Part shown: piece by piece, positions 57,852 through 64,000 of the stretch
Layout: each line of letters begins with the position of its first letter
Position numbering within the stretch: the stretch's first letter is position 1
Source: Candidatus Latescibacterota bacterium
GTDB lineage: Bacteria; Latescibacterota; UBA2968; GCA-2709665
DNA: 64,000 bases
Assembly (NCBI GenBank): GCA_965208835.1
Contig: OZ242358.1
Coordinates: 3,552,001 to 3,616,000 of the forward strand
Direction of reading: 5' to 3'
Program-made: the position numbers and the translations under genes
The notes under the pieces: model-generated
The model's database searches: none
Seen by the model: only the letters and a program-made list of their open reading frames with translations
Told to the model about the DNA's origin: nothing

Positions 57852-60821
57852 TTACCAACAGGCTTCGTACGTCCGTACCACGCGAAACCGTTGGCCCACA
57901 TCAAAATCGTACAGATATCCCTTCGAGTAGTCCAGGTCGTCCACCATTCCCCTCACGAAATCCACGTTGCCCACGTCGATCAGCGTTCGGTCTCCATCCC
58001 GGCGAACCTCGCGAATCCGGTAGGTCGCATCGCGTTCGTTATCGTTCTCGATGGAAATGAACCCACCCCCCAGGGGTTCGTCAGGCGGCCTTGCGGATGT
58101 CCAGATCCGGCCCGGCTCGCACGCTTCCACCCTGCCCCGCCACACGCCCGACGATTCCCGGATGGACCGTTCATCGGTGCCAAGTACCGTGCCTCCCGTC
58201 AGCACAGCCCATTGCGCCAAACCGTTCACCTCCGAATACACGCCCAGACTCCCGTCGAACCTGATTCGTCCGTCCACCTCGACCAGAGAATCGCCGTCGC
58301 CGAAAATCAATGTATCCACCCGGTCGCCAGGCAGATGGACTTTCAGCGCTCTGGCGGCGCCGGAGACCTCAACTTCCTCCGCGGAGTTGACCACGCGAAC
58401 GCCGTCGTAGGCTTCGATCAGACTCATGAACGAGGATTCGAGCCGGTCGCCACCTTCGTGCGAGGCGACCGCATAGGTCAATCTTCGCGGATTCCCCGGC
58501 TTGTTCTGCGGCGGGTCGCCGTGGCACAGCGCCACTTCACCCGGTGGGCTGAACAGACTCCACCGCAAATGCACGTCGGTCATCAGCGGCTTCCCTGCAG
58601 CCCGGGAATCCGCTCTGACCTTCCAGGTATCTTTCACCCTCCAGTCCACGGATACGACGCGCTCGGGCGAAGCGCAACGCCTTACATCGTACAGATATTG
58701 GAAGCCGCTTCCCCTGTAACCGTTCAGATCCACAACGGATCCATCGTAAAACTCGCCGAAACCGACGTCGACGCCAGCGTAAGTCCCGCCCGCCTGCCGC
58801 TGCAGCCGCATCCCCGACGTCTCGATTTCACCTTCTGCCGCGTGAAACATGAAATGGTGAGATTGCCCGCCGGATACGCGGAACAAATCGACGACATAGA
58901 AATCCCCATCCGATACCCGTACGAGAACGCCGCATCGCCCGTAGGTACTGCACTGCGGATATACATCGGGCGAAGACACGGAGACAGTTTTCACGTTCTC
59001 CGCGAATCCCGCGAAACCAACCTTTCCGGAATAGGTCCCTTCCTGGGGAGTTCGATCCACAAGAACCGTATTGTGTGAAACCGTATGATTCGTCCAGCCC
59101 GACCGCGTGGGCCAGACCCGGGCGTGCTCGGGATAGCCCAGATCGGGCAACAAATCCAGTCCGAAGCCGTAGAGCCCCAAATTGAGGCGATCCGCGTGTC
59201 CGTGGCCCTTGTTGCGACCGTAATACAACCACATCGTCCTTTCAAATTCACCCTGTCCGTCGCGCAGCATGGCCAGACCGTATCCCGTCATCACATCCGA
59301 TGTCAGCCGCAAGGGGCCGCACTTCCGGACCGTTTCCGCAACCCGGTCCCGTACCTCCTCCGGGTCCGGATCCGTTATTGCGCCGTGTACCTTCGACAAA
59401 TCGCCGCCCGCCAGATGATCCACCGCCTGCGCCAGCTCGTCGTCTCCGAATACATCGAATCCGTACAGGCATTGCTCCAGGTCCTGTCCGCCGAGTCCGG
59501 GGCTTCCGGTGCTCCCGCTGTCGCCGATGGACGGAACAAAACGATTCAGCGCCGTCACGCGCATGAACGCCAGGTACATCTGGCGGTACCTGGCGAAATC
59601 GCGGATCCTGTGGCGCGTATATGACGGTCGCGACCTGAGAATCATCTCGAGCGACCGCATTCCAAGGGGCCACCTCAGCCAGCCCAGGCTGTACCCCGGA
59701 GCGCCCTCCGATCCCACGCCGTCCCGATCGATCTCGCGAGCGAAGAGCAGGGGAATGTGTCCTCCCGAGGGCCGGCGGCCGATGAGGAATCCCTCCCTGA
59801 AAATCCAGTCCAGCCGGTCATCCGTCTGATCGTCGTCGAGCGCAATCGCCAGCATGGCCATGGTGGCCTGGTCCCCGGGCTCGTTGTGGTGGATATCGCC
59901 AGAGAGGATGGCTTCGATCCCTTCCTTCAAGACGTGGCGCTCAATATGTCTGCTCAACGCGTCCGCGGCACCCTGCTCGACCAGGCCGTGCCGCAGCTGT
60001 TTTGCCCTCAGAAACCGAAACAGCTCGTCTTCGTCGTTCCAGGCCGAGCGGACGAGATCGAAGCACTCGGTAAACGCCTTCAGCAGGCCGGGCTCCCAGA
60101 TCCGACCGTAGATCCGACCCCTTCCGCTGAGTCCGTCGGAATTGAAAAACCCATGTCGCGCCCAGAACGACCAGTCCATATCGGGATAGACATCGGCGAT
60201 GCGGGCGAGCAGCACGCCCGCCTTGTGGGCGTAAACGCGTTCTCCAGTCAGCAGAAACGCTTCGCGTAACGCGCTGCACGCAGAGCCGATCTCCGACCAG
60301 ATTCCATAGTGTCCATAGACACCGACAAGCTTGAACGATTCGCCCGTCTCGTCGGTCCAACCCGTCCCATCGTCTACGGCGAACCCGTGCCTGGGATCGG
60401 CCGGATCCGGATGGTCGGTATTGTAGAGCAACGATCGATCAGCACGTTCGGGATCGAACAGACCGTCTTCGGCGATCCCGCTCCGGTAATACGCACCGAA
60501 GTCATTTGTCGGAAAGCGGCCGTTGCACGAAGGACATCTGATCTTCCACGGGTCCGCCAGCACATCGACTTCGAAGCGTCCGCCGTGCCGGTGGATTCCC
60601 TGGCCGCATTGCGGGCACCCCTTTTCAACGCTCGCATTCGTGCTGCGCCCGATCGTCTGACCCGTAACGAGCGCCCAGAGCGCATCGTCGTCGAGGCCCA
60701 CCCATCTCCTCGCCTTCTCAACGGCGAGATCCCGCCGGTCGGCCGCCCAATCGAATCGCGTCGCGTTATGCCGGGCGTTTCTCACCTGCTCCGGCGTCAC
60801 CAGTTGTCCGCCTCGCCCCAA
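57852..60821 (-). CDS. Heparinase II/III family polysaccharide lyase-like protein (989 aa)
   Basis: DGVGSEGAPGY, P.IGD, GHGHADRLNL, DLGY, TVSHNTVLVD; no obvious signal peptide. Confidence 0.85.
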   Translation of the reverse strand: MGRGGQLVTPEQVRNARHNATRFDWAADRRDLAVEKARRWVGLDDDALWALVTGQTIGRSTNASVEKGCPQCGQGIHRHGGRFEVDVLADPWKIRCPSCNGRFPTNDFGAYYRSGIAEDGLFDPERADRSLLYNTDHPDPADPRHGFAVDDGTGWTDETGESFKLVGVYGHYGIWSEIGSACSALREAFLLTGERVYAHKAGVLLARIADVYPDMDWSFWARHGFFNSDGLSGRGRIYGRIWEPGLLKAFTECFDLVRSAWNDEDELFRFLRAKQLRHGLVEQGAADALSRHIERHVLKEGIEAILSGDIHHNEPGDQATMAMLAIALDDDQTDDRLDWIFREGFLIGRRPSGGHIPLLFAREIDRDGVGSEGAPGYSLGWLRWPLGMRSLEMILRSRPSYTRHRIRDFARYRQMYLAFMRVTALNRFVPSIGDSGSTGSPGLGGQDLEQCLYGFDVFGDDELAQAVDHLAGGDLSKVHGAITDPDPEEVRDRVAETVRKCGPLRLTSDVMTGYGLAMLRDGQGEFERTMWLYYGRNKGHGHADRLNLGLYGFGLDLLPDLGYPEHARVWPTRSGWTNHTVSHNTVLVDRTPQEGTYSGKVGFAGFAENVKTVSVSSPDVYPQCSTYGRCGVLVRVSDGDFYVVDLFRVSGGQSHHFMFHAAEGEIETSGMRLQRQAGGTYAGVDVGFGEFYDGSVVDLNGYRGSGFQYLYDVRRCASPERVVSVDWRVKDTWKVRADSRAAGKPLMTDVHLRWSLFSPPGEVALCHGDPPQNKPGNPRRLTYAVASHEGGDRLESSFMSLIEAYDGVRVVNSAEEVEVSGAARALKVHLPGDRVDTLIFGDGDSLVEVDGRIRFDGSLGVYSEVNGLAQWAVLTGGTVLGTDERSIRESSGVWRGRVEACEPGRIWTSARPPDEPLGGGFISIENDNERDATYRIREVRRDGDRTLIDVGNVDFVRGMVDDLDYSKGYLYDFDVGQRFRVVRTYEACW

Positions 60822-60927
60822 GAGAGCCTCCTTTACAGCCCTTTGGATACGTTCCGATGAGGAGAATGCGACAAGATACGCGCGCCCCGCGCGAGGATCA
60901 ACGGTTTTGTTACCGCGCGCACTTTAA

Positions 60928-61087
60928 CAGCCCGTTGAAAAAGCCCATCCGGGCTGCGGCCGGCTCTCGTGGCCGAATGACTGCGTTGCGCTCCCTCGCC
61001 GAATACCCAGAGTCGACTCGGTCGCGCGCCTTGCCTTCGCTCACGATGGCTCGCCCTCGCCTGCAGAGCGACTTTGTCAACGGACTG
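60928..61087. mobile_element. MITE family B, copy 3
   Basis: TIRs CAGCCCGTTGAAAAAG / CTTTGTCAACGGACTG; TAA on both flanks. Confidence 0.8.
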
Positions 61088-61115
61088 TAACAGCCCGCAG
61101 CCCTGCCGATATGGG

Positions 61116-61144
61116 TTGACTTGAGGGGCCGTCCCGCCTATCAT
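61116..61144 (+). promoter_or_regulatory. Putative sigma70 promoter
   Basis: TTGACT-17 bp-TATCAT upstream of GGAGG and ATG 61183. Confidence 0.6.
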
Positions 61145-61182
61145 ATCGCCCGTCGGTCGGTCGCGCCACGGAGGAGTCAAAC

Positions 61183-62586
61183 ATGTCCCACGACAGCGTC
61201 TTTACGTTCCGTACCCATGGGGGCGTCTGTGCAGGCGAAACCTGGATTTACGATCGCGATGAGCCCATTGCGCGTCTCGAAGACAAGCTGATCGAACAGC
61301 CCGAACAGAACCTCCGATATTTCAACGGTAACGCCAAGCCTGTAAACCTGAGGGACCTGAAACTGGCCCCGGGCGGCCGACCGCTCGTGTGCGGCGTGCA
61401 AATGTACTGGGTGTTCCAACACCGCGTGCTCGCCACCACAGACCTGATCGACATCCTGGTCCAGGGCCAGGAAACCGACCGACTCGTGCTCACCGTGATC
61501 ACGGCGGACCCGGGAGGCGTGGCCACATCGCGCCGCGTGCTCACGCTGACGTACGACGACGCAACCGGATCGTATATCTACGACTTCAGGGCCCACCTGG
61601 ATATCCACAGTCCGGAAGCACTCGACGGTGAAGAGACCGTATCCTTCGAGTACTGCGACCCCTGGTACAACGACATCCCGGGACCAACGGTCGAGTTCCC
61701 GGGAATGTGGACGAAGAGGTATACGCATCTCCTGGCGGAAACCGGAGACGGCGCCGTCTGGCAGATGCCCCTCAACCACATGGCGACCGGCATTCCCGGC
61801 CCGAGGTCGCTCAAGCGGGACGGCCTGTTCGTCCTGGCATACGACGAGGGGAGCAACCCCGCCTTTGAATTCGTCGGGGACACCGCCGAACGAACGACGG
61901 TGGGCGTTTGCAACTGGGGTTACGACATCCACTTTGCGGGTCATTACACGCGCGACGAACTCTACGCGCCGTTGTGCCCACACTTTCGTATCCGCCTCTG
62001 CCCGGACCGTGAGGCGGCGCAGTTGAAGTCCCGTGCGGAGCCCGTTCCCCAGGTCTCGTACAACGGCTTTGTAGAACTCCCCCTCTACGAACGCAGAACC
62101 AGTTTTTCCCGTGGTCTGCAGCTCAACAGACCCACCCCGTCCAACACCGATCCCTGGCCCTGGCTGCCGGAGGGGGAGGGCGCGGAATGGTGTAAGGATC
62201 ACGGACGTTCAGACCCGTTCTCACTCAAGATCGACAAAACGACGGACGGACCCACCGAGTGGGTCATGGATCGTGAGAGCGATGGCGCCTGGACCGAACG
62301 CTGGACCCGGTCAACCGGCTTTCGCGTTACCGTTTACATCAAGACCGAAAACGTGCAGGGACGCGGCGCCTTTCTGGCCGTACGCTGGGGCGTCTTCAAC
62401 GAACCCGAAAAATACCCTTACATCGGTTCCAGTAAACTTACGGGCACCAATGACTGGACACGGGTCAGTGTGGAGATCCGCGGACCATCCCCGCCGGACA
62501 GCGGGGCCGTGTACCTCATCCTGCGCCAGGATGGCAGCGGCACAAGCTGGTTCGACGACCTGGAAGTCGAACGCATTGCCGGCTGA
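61183..62586 (+). CDS. Hypothetical protein with C-terminal CBM4/9-like (galactose-binding) domain
   Basis: Strong RBS; C-terminal YIKTENV...GTNDWTRV...GTSWFDDL jelly-roll motif. Confidence 0.7.
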   Translation: MSHDSVFTFRTHGGVCAGETWIYDRDEPIARLEDKLIEQPEQNLRYFNGNAKPVNLRDLKLAPGGRPLVCGVQMYWVFQHRVLATTDLIDILVQGQETDRLVLTVITADPGGVATSRRVLTLTYDDATGSYIYDFRAHLDIHSPEALDGEETVSFEYCDPWYNDIPGPTVEFPGMWTKRYTHLLAETGDGAVWQMPLNHMATGIPGPRSLKRDGLFVLAYDEGSNPAFEFVGDTAERTTVGVCNWGYDIHFAGHYTRDELYAPLCPHFRIRLCPDREAAQLKSRAEPVPQVSYNGFVELPLYERRTSFSRGLQLNRPTPSNTDPWPWLPEGEGAEWCKDHGRSDPFSLKIDKTTDGPTEWVMDRESDGAWTERWTRSTGFRVTVYIKTENVQGRGAFLAVRWGVFNEPEKYPYIGSSKLTGTNDWTRVSVEIRGPSPPDSGAVYLILRQDGSGTSWFDDLEVERIAG

Positions 62587-62631
62587 AACAACGGCCGGCT
62601 GGAAGCCCGGAGTTCAAACCCAGGACGAAAG

Positions 62632-63543
62632 ATGAACGGATCTCTTGCGCCATCGTCGGTGGGATTCATCGGCCTGGGGGAAATGGGCGGCGGAATGGCC
62701 CGCAATCTGTTGAAAGCGGGATTTTCCCTGCTCGCCTACGATACGTGCAGGCAGGCTTTGGACCGGATCTCGAGGTCTGGCGCGCGGACGGCGGAGAACC
62801 TGACCGGAGTGGCCGGTATCTGCGAACGGATCATTCTGATGCTGCCCGATACCGGTGTCGTTGAGGCCGTGCTTTTTGGAGACGAAGGCCTCAAGCCTCG
62901 ATTGAAGGCCGGGCACATCATCATCGATTGCGGCACGACACATCCCGATTTTACGCGGGAGGCGTCACGACTTCTCGCTGATCTCGGCGTACATTTCCTG
63001 GATGCGCCCGTTTCCGGGATGGGCAGCCGCGCGGCAGATGGAACCCTTACCCTGATGGTGGGCGGCGACAGGAGCGCCTTCCGTTCCGTCGAACCGCTAC
63101 TGAATGCCATGGGTTCAACCATTTACCATATGGGCGTATCCGGTAACGGGCAGCTCGCCAAGATGGTCAACAATACCCTCTTCAACATCTCCTGCGCCGC
63201 GCTGGCTGAAATGCTCCCACTCGCGGTCAAACTCGGCCTGAACGCGGAAAAAATGTGCAAAGCCGTGATGACCGGCAGCGGGCAGAGCTACGGCTTCGAC
63301 ACCTTCGCGCCTCTGGTCCTCGAACGGAATTTCGGACCCGGATATCCAATGGCAAACGCACGAAAGGATGTTGACGCCATCACTGGGATACTGGAAAGAG
63401 AGGGTGTGAACCTGCCCGTGGTCTCCGCCGCCGCCGGTACCTTTCGAGCGGCTCTGGAACAGGGAATGGGAAACCTGAACAAGGGCGGAATGACCCGAGT
63501 CTGGGAGGCGGTCCTGGGTGTCGAAGTCCGAAAAGACACCTGA
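62632..63543 (+). CDS. beta-hydroxyacid dehydrogenase (3-hydroxyisobutyrate/tartronate semialdehyde reductase family)
   Basis: GFIGLGEMG, FLDAPVSG, GTLTLMVGG, KMVNN, KD. Confidence 0.92.
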   Translation: MNGSLAPSSVGFIGLGEMGGGMARNLLKAGFSLLAYDTCRQALDRISRSGARTAENLTGVAGICERIILMLPDTGVVEAVLFGDEGLKPRLKAGHIIIDCGTTHPDFTREASRLLADLGVHFLDAPVSGMGSRAADGTLTLMVGGDRSAFRSVEPLLNAMGSTIYHMGVSGNGQLAKMVNNTLFNISCAALAEMLPLAVKLGLNAEKMCKAVMTGSGQSYGFDTFAPLVLERNFGPGYPMANARKDVDAITGILEREGVNLPVVSAAAGTFRAALEQGMGNLNKGGMTRVWEAVLGVEVRKDT

Positions 63544-63624
63544 ATCCGGTTCCCGGCTGACGTCGATGGCCCACGGAACCCTTTGGCGACGGCTTCGGCT
63601 TTCCGCTTTCGGCCCACTTATTCG

Positions 63625-64000
63625 ATGAAGACGAACACCGATATCCTTGTAATTGGCGGCGGCTCCATCGGCGTCTGTTCCGCCCACTATCTGTCGGAAG
63701 CGGGGAAGGACGTTGTCCTCGTTGACAAATCCGACATCTGCGCGGGCAGTTCCTACGGCAACCAGGGCCTGATCGTCCCCAGCCACAGCATTCCGCTTGC
63801 CGCACCCGGCGTAATCGGCAAGGCTTTCAAGTGGATGTTCGATCCCGAAAGCCCGTTTTACGTCAAGCCCCGTCTGGACCTGGATCTCGCGAGATGGCTG
63901 CTGGAATTCCAGGCGGCCTGTACCCGGGCGCGCATGCAGCCGGCCCTGGCGATCCTGAGGGATCTCAATCTGGCGAGCGTTGAGCTCTTCACGGAAATCG
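63625..64000 (+). CDS. FAD-dependent D-amino acid dehydrogenase (DadA-like), truncated by window end
   Basis: Manual translation MKTNTDILVIGGGSIGVCSAHYL...SSYGNQGLIVPSHSIPLAAPG. Confidence 0.85.
   Translation, partial: MKTNTDILVIGGGSIGVCSAHYLSEAGKDVVLVDKSDICAGSSYGNQGLIVPSHSIPLAAPGVIGKAFKWMFDPESPFYVKPRLDLDLARWLLEFQAACTRARMQPALAILRDLNLASVELFTEI

Noticed and set aside
1-64000. CRISPR array, integron attC array, tRNA/rRNA, autonomous transposase
   Set aside because: Repeats are dispersed rather than regularly spaced, lack the RYYYAAC...GTTRRRY attC layout, and no cas, intI, transposase or structural RNA gene was recognised.

Overview
A GC-rich diderm bacterial window with no rRNA, tRNA, CRISPR array or full-length transposase that I can see. 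Gene content (PorV-family barrel, GWxTD proteins, DUF6785-type membrane protein, ASPIC/UnbV protein with a C-terminal EF-hand/dockerin-like tag, heparinase II/III, PhyH, many Gfo/Idh/MocA) suggests a non-Bacteroidota FCB lineage such as Latescibacterota; this is inference. 1-17 kb and 51-64 kb hold catabolic and housekeeping genes (purB, arsC, NUDIX, HpcH aldolase, DegT, CocE/NonD, M20, isochorismatases, Ldh2, RraA, heparinase). A hicAB locus is at 17.2-17.8 kb. The most notable region is a co-oriented 25 kb envelope block (17.8-42.7 kb, minus strand). Its core is a four-gene operon: small OM barrel, TonB-dependent receptor, secreted protein with a T9SS-like C-terminal domain, and PorV-family barrel. 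It is flanked by two atypical TPR-GWxTD proteins and lies near three GT-C-like membrane proteins. Intergenic DNA carries at least five dispersed repeat families: two MITE families sharing an internal core, an 89-bp element 21 bp upstream of two start codons, a ~130-bp heptamer-ended inverted element, and GTAG-type REPs. All family assignments are from motif recognition by eye, not database searches.
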